DNA of 63,179 nucleotides from Negaprion brevirostris (lineage: Eukaryota), in NCBI GenBank assembly GCA_030324005.1, contig JARDVH010000133.1:5550359-5613537 (forward strand). Reading direction: 5' to 3'. The position numbers were made by a program, and so were the translations under genes. The notes under the pieces are model-generated. The model did not search any database. It saw only the letters and a list, made by a program, of their open reading frames with translations, and was not told where the DNA came from. Positions 1-11,517 of the stretch are shown here, piece by piece; position 1 is the first letter of the stretch, and each line of letters starts with the position of its first letter.

Positions 1-361
1 TGTCCCTAATCAGTCCTTGCGTCTCTAACTGCTTGTAGATTCTATCTCTCAAAATACCACCAACGACTTACCCACCACAGATGTGAGGCTCACTGGCCTG
101 TAGTTCCCAAGCTTTTCCCTGCAGCCCTTCCAAAACAAAGGCACAACATTTGTCAATCTTCTGACACCTTACCTGTGACTATCGATGTTACACGTATCTC
201 TGGTAGGGGACTTGCAATTTGCTCCCCAGCCTCCACACTGTCCTGGGATACACTTTATCAGGTCCCTGGGATTCATCTATCTCGATGCGCTTTAAGACTT
301 CTAGCACCTCCTTCTGTGCTACATGTACATTCCTCAAGACATCACTATTTACTTCCCCAAG
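1..361 (-). mobile_element. CR1 LINE ORF2 fragment
   Basis: Translates LGEVNSDVLRNVHV..EVLEVLKRI..GPDKVYPR..NYRPVSLTSVVGK; homologous in reverse complement to about 56480-56850. Confidence 0.9.
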
Positions 362-1403
362 ATATTCTGGCCACTGTTGGAATTCACTGAAGTCCAGTAA
401 AATCAAATATAAAAACCATTTTATCTCTTCATTATTGAATCTCAGTGGTCTTGGTCAAGACTCTATATGTCATTCCTTCGTCAAGCTCTGACAGACCATT
501 CGTAGCTCAAGGATGGGTGTGTGAGCTGCTTGATGAGTATCCAGCCCTGAAGATTGTGTGGGTTTTGCTAACAAGGTGCCAATGCAGGTGGCTGCTTTTG
601 TAAGTCTTTGGGCTTTTCTTCAGCACAGGGCAGGTTGATGCGCTCATGCAGAGTTTTCTCACTCCCATTTTCTCATTGTGATATATTTGAACAGGCCGCT
701 CTTCAGGTAATTGAATCTTTTCTTTCCAGAGTTACAGCCTTGCTGTGCTCACATTACAATATCTCGCTCTTTTTTTGGGAGTACAGTGTGCTGCCTTCAG
801 CCAGTCTTTAGAAACGAAAGAAAATCAATCACCCTCATTTAAAGATTTAAATTTGAAGGACACTTATTAAGAAATTATTGTGAATAAAATATATAAATAG
901 TTATATTATTACACATGCACACAGCTGACATCCCCTGACCGCTACACTCCAGTCACCTTCACCAACACCTGGACATCCCTATAGCCCACTATGAGTTCAT
1001 TTAAGGACTGTCCCTTCAGGCACCCCATTCAGAGAGCCCCTGTTTGGCTCCCTCTCTTTCAGGCCCACCCCATGGTTCCTTACTGGCCCTTGACCTTGGC
1101 AGTGTCAGGGCACTGCCCAGCCATGTCCCTGACCACCTGGATGCTCCACTGGCTTCTGAGCCGCACAGCATGGCCATCATGTCTGGTCTCCATTTGTGGA
1201 AACCAGTAGTGATTCCTGCTGACTTCCTGTTGTGCTGACAGAAGGCTGAATTCTGGGAGCCAGGTGAACGTGGCTAAAACCTGAANNNNNNNNNNNNNNN
1301 NNNNNNNNNNNNNNNNNNNNNNNNNNNNNNNNNNNNNNNNNNNNNNNNNNNNNNNNNNNNNNNNNNNNNNNNNNNNNNNNNNNNNNNNNNNNNNNNNNNN
1401 NNN

Positions 1404-1697
1404 GGCATGATGGCACAGTGGTTAGCACTGCTGTCTCAAATCACCAAGGACCAGGTTCAATTCCTGGCTTGGGTCACTGTCTGTGTGGAGTCTGCACGTT
1501 CTCCTTGTGTCTGTGTGGGTTTTGTACGGGTGCTCTGGGTTCCTCCCACAGTCCAAAGACGTGCTGGTTAGATGCAACAGCCATGCTAAATTCTCCCTCA
1601 GTGTACCCGAACAGGCGCCGGAGCGTGGCAACTAGGGAATCTTCACAGTAACATCATTGCGGTGTTAATGTAAGCCTTCTTATGACTCTAATAACCT
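1404..1697 (+). mobile_element. V-SINE/HE1-like SINE, tail type B
   Basis: tRNA-like A/B boxes (tggcacagtggttagc, ggttcaattcc), V-SINE core (gtctgtgtggagtctgcacgttctcc), tail cagtgtacccgaacaggcgcc...gtgttaatgtaagcc. Confidence 0.85.
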
Positions 1698-2829
1698 TTC
1701 CTAAAAGGGGTTCTCCCTGTCACAAATCACATCATTAGACTCTCTGGCCAAAATATGATTTGTGTCTATGCACGGTGCCAGAGAATCGCCTCCAATGTTC
1801 CTAAATATTCATATTTCCTATTGCTACCAGGGACAGTGAGTTCTTCTCAAATAGTCTTCTGGCTATTTTTCTAAGGCTTCGAAATTGTCTCTCTCAGGAG
1901 AGTATTAAAGTGCCTTCTTTATTGCCCAAAAGCAATTACATTCTGGAAAAAGTTACCAAGGCTTCATAGGTTTTTGAAAACTAGCCACTTATTTTCCAGA
2001 CGGAACTGTCAGTCAATTATAACCTGAACTGATCACGAAGCGCGTATAAACTCGAAAATTGTGTTAGACTGTCCCTCGAGTCCAGAAGACTGTAAACAAG
2101 AAAATTCAAGATGTTGCCTTCAGCTGGTTATGTAATTTGCTAAGTACAATGACAGCAAGGCAGCCACTAAGTCAAAACTTAGACAAAAAAAAACATGTCC
2201 TTTAGCCAGTCTCTTAGCAGCAATCGGTATCATAAAATTTAACACCCATGTGAAGGTAAAGCAATCTCATTTTTATAATGAATTTAATCAGTTATACTCC
2301 ACTGATTGTACTCAATGTCCTTATTTCTGGGTTTTTACAGGACTAGCTCTTAAAGGACACCTCTACAATTAAGATATAAACATTTTTTCCACACGTGAAA
2401 ATGATATTGAGTATCTGCTGTGTGCAAACAAACAGAATGCCTGTTGCAACAAAGGCTGATCTGTGACAATGATAATGATAGTAAAAGAGAAACAATGTTT
2501 GAGGTTGAGAATACAAAGAATAAAGAACGTACACAGCATGGGAAGCAGGCCCTTCGGCCCAACGAGCCCATGCCGCCGTTTTAACATTGTGTGTTCCCTC
2601 TTCCACCCGTGACCTTTGTTCAATAATTCAGACCATTATCTGTATGAAACATATTTCGAGGGAAATTTTGCTCAAACCCAGAACAATTTAGAACAGATGC
2701 CATATTAACTACACTGTCACTGCCAACAAATAATTTGGTGGAAGCCTGGTCTGGCAGATAACTCAAAGAATCCTCCTTTCCTTCCTGTCCCTTGAAGTAG
2801 CAGAAGATCAGCCATTCTACCAGGAGTGC

Positions 2830-3070
2830 ATCACAATTCCCAGGTTAGCCCCAGATTGTAAAGCCTGACCTAAATTAGCCAATTTCAGTCAGTGTGGTGG
2901 TGACAATTGGCCTGAGTATCCTGCAGCTGTTACGCTGACTGTGGGGAAGGAGTGCTGGTGCAGAACAAGAAGGATGAACTATAAAAGCACGTCAGCCTTT
3001 TCACCTACTGGAAGTAAGTTTCTGTGAATATTGGGTAAAAACAGGTGATGTGGAAGCTGTGATGTTCACG
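2830..3070 (+). mobile_element. old degenerate SINE-like repeat
   Basis: ttagccaatttcagtcag...acaattggcctgagt resembles 5130-5240; heavily decayed, family not assigned. Confidence 0.35.
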
Positions 3071-3210
3071 GAATAAGAAAAAGGAATCAGCTGGTAGGCA
3101 GGGATCACGAAGCCTAAGGAGGGGAGGAAGTCAGGGAGAAAATGTACCCGGGGATCTTTAGACAGCCAACTGCTTAGAGAAGGGGTTTAAGTTTTAGTTT
3201 TAAGATTAAC

Positions 3211-3507
3211 TTTAAAAGTTTATTCATTGGTGTCACAAGTAGGCTTACATTAACACTGCAATGAAGTTACTGCAAAAATCCCCTAGTTGCCACACTCTGG
3301 CGCCTGTTCGGGTACACTGAGGGAGAATTCATCATGGCCAATGCACCTAACTAGCACTTCTTTTGGACTGTGGGAGGAAACCGGAGCACCCAGAGAAAAC
3401 CCAAGCAGACATGGGGAGAATGTGCAGATTCCGCATAGGCAGTGACTCACGCCAGGAATCAAACTCGAGCCCTTTAGCACTGCGAGACAGCCGTGCAAAC
3501 CACTGGG
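3211..3507 (-). mobile_element. V-SINE/HE1-like SINE, tail type B
   Basis: Reverse complement of the 1404-1697 family. Confidence 0.85.
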
Positions 3508-3960
3508 AACCAAATTTATGTTTTTGTCTGAATTTCTTCATGATTGGTACGTGATGCATTTATAGTTAGCTTGGTGAGGAACAGTTCTGGCAGCTCCATC
3601 TCCCAATGCTTTTTGTTGGAATGTGTCAAGGGGAAGAAAAGGTTTTAATAGGCAAAAGAATAGGGAACAGCCAATTAGAAATGAACATCAAACCTATAAA
3701 AGGAAACCTAATCAAAGCTCAAAGCCAAATGACTCAGATGACAGAGTTGACAATGACAAGATTGAGGTAACATCATTCTAAAGATTCACATTTATCATCT
3801 GCTCAAAACCGTGCACCTATCAGATCTGTGAAATTGCAATTTTATTACAATTTTTAATTAAACGTGGCTCCTCAATTTTCTTGCTTAGAATCCCCAATGT
3901 CACTGTTGCAAGTAAACAATAGCTATATTCTAATTTCCATGTATAGTTCTGACCTTAGTT

Positions 3961-4302
3961 GGGCGGCACAGTAGCACAGTGGTTAGCACTGCTGCTTCAC
4001 AGCTCCAGGGTCCTGGGTTTGATTCCTGGCTTGGGTCATTGTCTGTGTGGAGTTTGCATATTCTCCTCGTGTCTGCATGGGTTTCCTCTGGGTAGTCCGG
4101 TTTCCTCCCACAGTCCAAAGATGTGAGGGGTTAGGTTGGTTGGCCATGCTGAGAAATTGCCCCTTCAGTCTGTCCAGGGCTGCGTAGGTTAGAGGGATTA
4201 GTGGGTATGATATGGGGGTAGAACCTGGGTGGGATTGTGTTTGGTGCAGACTCGATGGGCCGAAGGGCCTCTTTCTGCACTGTAGGGTTCTATGATTTAT
4301 GA
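3961..4302 (+). mobile_element. HE1/V-SINE, full length, CR1-type tail
   Basis: gggcggcacagtagcacagtggttagc head, V core, and 3' gatgggccgaagggcctctttctgcactgtagggttctatgatt shared with CR1 3' ends (compare about 4890-4940). Confidence 0.9.
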
Positions 4303-4384
4303 TATAAACTGTGATACAACCAGAGTAAAAGTTAGTGAGGGTCGTAGCTGACATGCAAAATTTCCTTCATCTTCTGAGATACAC

Positions 4385-4940
4385 GACACTAGTTAGACCT
4401 CAGCTAAAGTGTTGTGGGCGCCACACTATAGGAAGGATGTGAATGCATTGGCAAGAGTGCAGAAGAGGTTTACAAGAACGGTTCCAGGGATGAGAAATTT
4501 CAGTGATGAGGAGAGATTGGAGAGGTTGGGACTGTTGTCCTTGGAGAGAAGAAGGCTGAGAGGAGATTTGAGAGAGATATTCAAAAGCATGAGGGGGCTG
4601 GACAGAGCAGACGGGGAGAAACTGTCCGTGCTGGTAAAAGGAATGAGAAGGAGAGGGGCACAGATTTAAAGTGATTTGCAAAACAAACAAACGTGATGTG
4701 AGGGAAAACTTTTTCGCCCAGCGAGTGGGGTTGGGGCCTGGAATGCTCTGCCTGGGAGTCTGGTGGAGGCAGGTTCAACCGAGGCATTCAAGAGGGCATC
4801 AGATGATTATTTGAATAGAAACAATGTGCAGGGAAAAGACTGGGGAATGGCACCGAGTCATAATGCCTGTTTGAAGAGCTGGAGAACAGACACGATGGGC
4901 CGAACGGCCTCTTTCTCTGCCGTAACAATTCTGTGATCTC
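4385..4940 (+). mobile_element. CR1 LINE 3' end
   Basis: WAPHYRKDVNALARVQKRFTRTVPGMRNFSDEERLERLGLLSLERRRLRGDL is the CR1 ORF2 C-terminus, followed by a CR1 3' UTR. Confidence 0.92.
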
Positions 4941-5282
4941 CAATATTGTTACAGCTGATGAAGTAAAGTGTTCAGAAAGGGGTGAGTTTGTTTTAATGTG
5001 ACTATAATAATTTTCTTTGTAGCTGCCTTCAGGAGATTAATCATCAATTCCTGGAGACACCAGGGTCATTCTGAAAGACTGGCAACTCCAGCGTGATAGC
5101 AGCTCAACTCCAGTCAGTTTGTAGTCAATCAGTAAACAGCCAGCCCAGTAATCTCAGGGTCAGGCTGATCTCGTCTTTAAAAAAGCAAAGATTGCTACAA
5201 TAACCCTCTTTATTATCTGACTGGGTGACCAGGCTTCACTGCTTAATCAAGAACTTGTCTCCATCTGACTTTCTGGTATTAT

Positions 5283-5609
5283 ATAGAATCTCAGAAACCC
5301 TACAATGCAGAATGAGGCTATTCGGCCCAACTTGTCTGCACCGATAACGATCCCACTTAGGCCCTATCCCCGTCACCCCAGATATTTACTCCACTAATCT
5401 TTCAAACCTACACATCCCGGGATGCTAAAGGCCAGTCTACCACAGCCAATCAACCTAACCTGCACATCTTTGGATTGTGGGAGGAAACCCACGCAGACAC
5501 AGGGAGAACATTGCGGACTCTGTACAGACAGTGTCCCCAGCCAGGAATCGAACCCTAATCCCTGGAGCTCTGAGGCAACAGTGCTAACCACTGTGCCACT
5601 GTGCCATCC
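5283..5609 (-). mobile_element. HE1/V-SINE, CR1-type tail
   Basis: Reverse-complement match to 3961-4302. Confidence 0.85.
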
Positions 5610-7599
5610 AATATTATATTGGCTTGCTGTGGCTCTGCTCACCTACACAAGCAGAAACACTCTCTCTCTCTTATCAAATGAGAGATAAATGCTACGGCTG
5701 CTGGGCATNNNNNNNNNNNNNNNNNNNNNNNNNNNNNNNNNNNNNNNNNNNNNNNNNNNNNNNNNNNNNNNNNNNNNNNNNNNNNNNNNNNNNNNNNNNN
5801 NNNNNNNNGCAGATGGCTGGTCCTGACCTACAAAAAATTGCCTTTTAAACTTAGCTTCTTGGTGATCTAAAAATCCAATCTTTTACAAGGAACTTCACAA
5901 TTAGTTATTGACCGCACTCATCTATTAAGAGTTATAAGGCTTGAGCTGACTTTTATATAACTCAACACAATAATGGCACCGAATATTTCCAAAGCGGTGA
6001 TGTCACATCCAGCCACAGAGACACAACAGGAACATTTCCCGGCTCCTGATCCTAAAAATAGGTACAATAGCAGCAGGGTCTCATTTGGGGAGGAGGAAGG
6101 GGCCACAGGTTGTTGCAGACTACAATAGATGTTTTCCCCTCAGACAACTATTTATTGTTATTTGTACAGGACCTGACAGAAATAGGCCAGGATCAGAGTC
6201 AAAAGTGTGCATTATTCAGCACTGTGCAAACGCAGCCAAAATATTTGATTTCCTGCCGAGAAATATTTGCTAAAGTAAAATGGGAAAAAACATTAGTCAT
6301 CTTTCAGCATGTAAAACAATGGAAAATTGAGGCCAAAAAGTTAACTGTACAATGAAACACTTACACTGTTCAAATGGAATAGATAGTATTTAACTAAACT
6401 GTACATCAACCAGTGAGATTAATAAGCAAAGTCAAACATTGCTGGCTTTCTTTATATTTTTGAAGTACCATATAGGACAGTAACAAGTGAAGGGGTTAAA
6501 AGGATTTTGATGCAAGCAATGGGTGTCTCTCAACTGCGTGATATGATGCTGCCTCATAACACATTGCAGGATGTGCTGTATTCTGTTATCAATGAATGAG
6601 TCTATGCTCTATCCCCGCTATATGCAATGGTCGNNNNNNNNNNCATCCTATCCTGCATGAAATGAACACCAGTATATGAATAATGAGTAAATGGAGTGGT
6701 AGTACAGATTAGCCATCATTTGCAATCTCCTAATTGAGCCCAAGGCTGCATGCAACACATTCCAGCTTCTGCATTATCCTGTATACAACGCATCTCCAAT
6801 CTGAGTACTGTGCCAGAAGAGTAAAACTGGACAGCAAGACTGGATTAAACATATTGTCTGGGGACAAAAGAGAGGGGACAAACTAAACTGTTACATCCAA
6901 TAGATTGATATTCAATAACAAATTAAACAAACTTTGAGGATAGAATGCATTGGACTATAAAAATCTTACAATCATCTTTGACAGAGAACCTGACAACCAT
7001 GAACAGATTACACAAATTTGAAACAATGTTGAAAATAGATTTCAGACAAGAAAGAAAAACTCCATTTCCAACCAAGATAACTGCAAGAAGAGAACATTGT
7101 CTGCAACTCCTCATCTGATTCTGGAAATAAAAATGTCCATATTTCCCAGCTAGCATATGATTGAATAATGAGTACAATCCCCAGTATCTGCAATTATTGA
7201 GAAAGATTAATGAAAAATGTCACATGAAGTAGATATGTTCAAAGTAGAAATGCAGCTGAAGCCAACTTCTCTGAAATGACGAAACAGCAATCTGTGCTAT
7301 TTGGCAAATACAGCCTGAGCTTTCCGAGAATGATCCATACTCAACTCATAACTCATTGCGTGTAATCAAAGGGAGCTGGTTAGACGCCAGATCCAACCCT
7401 GCCGGAACATTCAAATACTGACACCAACACCTGCTCTCCTTGCTAATCAGCAGTAGTGCTTATCTGTTGCTTTGGGTTTGGATGTGTGGAATTCAGAGCT
7501 ACTGAAGGTCCAAGTTCTGGTGCTGCTCAACCTATTCACATTTCTAAAGTGAAGTCAGTGAGGGCCGCAGAACGCGGGCAGCAGAATTTGCAGCCTCAA

Positions 7600-7775
7600 A
7601 AGGCTGTGGCTGCTGAGTTATGAAATTTCTGAGGCTGAGATAGATTTTTGTTTGTAAGGGTTTTACTGGATAGTGAACAATATTGGCTAAATGGAAATAA
7701 GGTACAGACCAGCCATTGTCAAACTGAATAGAGGAACAGATTTGAAAAGCTGAATGGCCTTCTCTCACTCCTGAA
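7600..7775 (+). mobile_element. decayed CR1 3' end
   Basis: gaggctgagatagattttt...cagccatt...gctgaatggccttctctcactcct is a CR1 3' terminal motif. Confidence 0.6.
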
Positions 7776-9669
7776 ACAAATGGGTTACTGTGGGTGCTGT
7801 AGTGGGTTAGCAAATTGTCATTTTGTTTCTAGAAGCTGGTTGCAAGTCTAGACTGATGAAAGAAAAATCTTTCTTTCACTCTAAACTGCAATGTTCCTAA
7901 GTGTAATGGGCTAGAAGCCATATCACCAAAGTTCATCTGCCGTACAGAGCTGAGTGGCCAAGATGATGCTGTGCTGATGCAGCCGAAAATGTTTCTTTTA
8001 AGACTGATGTTCATCCAAATTTGTAAATTCTTTGGCTTGGTTATCATTTTTTTTGACCACATTTCTGTGAAGTACTTTAGGATCTTTTTCCTATCTTTTA
8101 GATGCTACACAAATGCAGATGGTTGAAGTAGGATAGAGCAAGTCTGTATTTCAATGAAAAGTGCTGGAGAAAAAATAATACATTCTGTGACATTGATATC
8201 TTTCATACAAGCATAAAAATAGAATTTTCCTCAGGATAATTTGAGAAATACTTTGATATAACAATTGTTTATAAGCAATGAAGTTTATTTATATGCCAAT
8301 ACTCGCTTCTCCACATAAGGTGAGGCTATCTCCCAGGACACGAAAGGAAACTTCAAAAGTTAAACCAATTCCAGAGATGAAGAGGGGAAAATAAAGAAAT
8401 AAGGAGTCTCTGGGCTGGAGCACATCATTTGGTGCATGCCATTNNNNNNNNNNCCAAAATTGTTTCAAAAATATGAATTTGCCAAAGTGACAAAATTCAA
8501 AGCATTCCTCATTAAACTTGTAGCAGAGAACAACAGAAAAAGGAGCCAAAATAATAAAACCTCAACTAGTGATCTGACCCCAAGAGAGTTTCAATTTTTT
8601 GCAGGATATACAACAAACTGGTAAGATGCTAAAAAGAAGGATTGATAGCTAAGTGGTGCCAAACATAAAGCAAGCTGGGGAGGGAAAGTGGTCATAGAAA
8701 TACAGTCTGTAAGAGAGGATTGCATGAAACTCTGCACGATGAAAGGACATCTTTTGCTTATAGAACCTTGGACAGTATCAATCTTGTGTTTCTTTGAATA
8801 CCTGAACTCTGTATGTTCCCCAAATTAATGACATGATGTGAAAATGTTAAATACGCCACCTAAAATGATTTGAACATTATAATCACTGAAAGTTTGATTC
8901 ATCAGCAAAGGAAGAATCAAGTCGATAGTTCAGGGCTCAGCTATCAAGACAGAGTGATAGTGACATCCATTTTAAGCTAATCACATGCATCAATTCTTCC
9001 TGCTGGACCATTCATGCATCACGACTAATATAATTCCTAACACTGACTCCACAGTACTTGCAACACTAATTAGTAGCAATACCAGCAATCTCTTACTTGA
9101 TTAATCTCAATCACAGTGAAGTACTGCATTTATTTTAAAATACAGTTGCATGCATTGGCCAATATATATCAACTCTCTTTTTCCTCATAACATCCTTCTC
9201 TAAGTAAATTAAATTTAATTGGCACAGCCTGCAGAACTCTGGTTCAGTTTGTCACATATCCATTTAATGAGGTGGGAGAAGTTTGGCGGAAATTCCAACG
9301 TGCAGTATATTGCAACCAGGATTAATGATTAGATTCAAGTTACATTATCTTTTTGATAGCAATGCACTGAAATTGCAAAAGTATCCACTTGCAGAGAAAC
9401 AGCCCGGAGATTGAGAATACTGCTCAAAAAAACTGAACTGGTCCAATGGAAGTTGGCAAAGAGAAAAAATAAGATTTTAAAATCACAGCTTTTTTGTCAA
9501 CTTTTCCTTCTTTCCTTGCAAGGATTTGAATGTGTTGTGATATACAATTCCCCAGGCACCAGTTGTCTTCTGGCATCCCAGCCAAGCAGCCAATTTTCAC
9601 ACCATAGCACAGAATAGCGGCAATCTTTTCAACTACAGGAAGGATTATGTGGTTTTTCATCCTATACCG

Positions 9670-10090
9670 GTGTGCATGTACATACCTACACATACATGTG
9701 TCCACAAACACACATTTACATATACACATCCCATAACTATTTACACCCACATATCTATACGTGCATAGACATCTACATTTATGAACGTGCACATATGTAC
9801 ATACACACCCTGTATGTAATCACGCACTCATCCCTTCATATAACTCCACAGGTGCATCCTTACAAACGCAACTTTCCATATACCCCCACACACACACACC
9901 TTTCCATATAAACTCACACACATCCTTCCATTTACCCCCACGCGCATCCTTCCATATACCCATCAACACACACCCTTCATTATATCTCCAAACACATCCC
10001 TACACATACTTAACACATATCCTTCCACACATGCATTCTTCCATATACCCCCCAACACACTCTTCCATATACCGCCACACATATGCAACC
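9670..10090. repeat. CA-rich imperfect minisatellite / low complexity
   Basis: Recurrent catccttccatatacccc-like units interspersed with (ca)n. Confidence 0.8.
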
Positions 10091-10104
10091 CTTCGTGTCC
10101 ATTA

Positions 10105-10325
10105 TAACTGTTATAATGCAGGATACAAGGCAGTCAACTGGTGCACAGCAAGGCCCCCACAAACAGCAAGAGCTAAATGATCAGATTTTTAGGTGTTAAT
10201 TGAAAAAGGAGTGATGGCCACGGCGCTGGGAAGACTCTCCGTCTCTTCTTCAAACTCTTTCTGTGGGGTTTTTGTCAGGCACCTGAGATGGTAGATCCAG
10301 TGCCTCAGTTTAATGCATCATTCAT
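10105..10325 (-). mobile_element. DeuSINE (SacSINE1-like) fragment
   Basis: gcacagcaaggcccccacaaacagcaa...ctcttcttcaa...cctcagtttaatgcatcatt is the reverse complement of the core at 51225-51640. Confidence 0.7.
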
Positions 10326-10642
10326 AAAATCAAATTATGACTGTCACCTTATATCATTATGAAAGTTGCTACTGTAATAAGGGTCTCAGTATTGGTAACT
10401 CATTTCTCCTTTACATCTGGTGGCTACATGGAACTACAAATCCTTAATGTGTGTGTCAATCATCCAGTTTCTTCTTGGGCAAACTTTCTGAATAGTTTTC
10501 ATTTTCTTGTTGCATGAAATTGCAGCTTTATTTTCACCAGCCCTTTCTTAAATAAGTTTCTAAGAAATTTTCCAAACATTGGGTGAAAGACTTGATGTGA
10601 ACTGCAAGGCAGACAATATAGTCACAGCTTTTGAGTATAATG

Positions 10643-11517
10643 TTTGGATTTGTGGTGGTAATGAGGGTGAAACAGGCAGCTTTTGCCTTACCACCTCAGT
10701 GAAACTGACAGCAATGTTGCAAGTTTACATATGCACATAATAACATAGAAATTTAGTTGTCAGTGATTCGACACTCTTCCAGGTGTACTGTTGAAGTTCC
10801 TCTTGGCAATTAATGACTTGATGGAAACTCCCACTTTTACATTGTCAGACTTGCTGTTGAAAAATGTGCCACCTATTCATGAGATGGAACTAGGTTTATA
10901 ATGGTGCACTAGACTCATAACTGATTGGATTTAATTTATTATTGTCACATGTGGGCTATACAGATAAAGCACACTGTTCACAGAGAAGGAAAGGAAGGGG
11001 GCAGAATGTAGTGTTACAGTCATAACTAGGGTGTAGAGAAAGATATGAATTAGAGCAGAGCTTTAAAAGCATAGAACGAGAGTAAAAAGTAGAATTAGAA
11101 TATGCTGGGGACAGCTTGCAAGAAGTTGCCTAAAATCCCTTACTGGTCCTGAAAAGGTAATTTAATATTTTTGCCATGTCACATTTCTCCGTTATGATTA
11201 AAATATTCCAATATTTTGAATCTTTTTGAAGCCTGGTAACAGTATTTTAACTTCAATCTTAATTATTTGTTTTGCTTCTTGAAAATGTAAATTAAACTGT
11301 AGGACTAAGAGTGTATACTTTCCTGGTTTGCAGTGTGTGAGAATACGCCAATGTGTTGAGCTGCTCACCCTGCCTGTCAACATGCTGCTGGGTGCTGGAA
11401 TTCCCAATGGCTTGGAATCAAATTTAAACTTTGTTTTGGAAAGTGGAAATCCACACTAGCAAGATCACTAGATCTTTGACAGCAGTTTTTTTTTAGGATA
11501 GTGGCAAAATCCAGCCC
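10643..11517 (-). mobile_element. old non-autonomous DNA-transposon-like element
   Basis: Ends in gcaaaatccagccc, with a degenerate inverse tttggatttg at the left end. Interior is homologous in reverse to 17040-17350. Confidence 0.45.
10923..11044 (-). mobile_element. Rex/Babar LINE 3' UTR fragment
   Basis: Reverse complement of about 56263-56410 (atctttctctacaccctag...catgtgacaataataaa). Confidence 0.75.

Noticed and set aside
3961-4030. tRNA gene
   Set aside because: The A/B boxes are the head of a SINE and continue into the V-SINE core.
6780-7260. Purine-rich stretch suggestive of a retroelement gag relic
   Set aside because: No diagnostic motif could be read.
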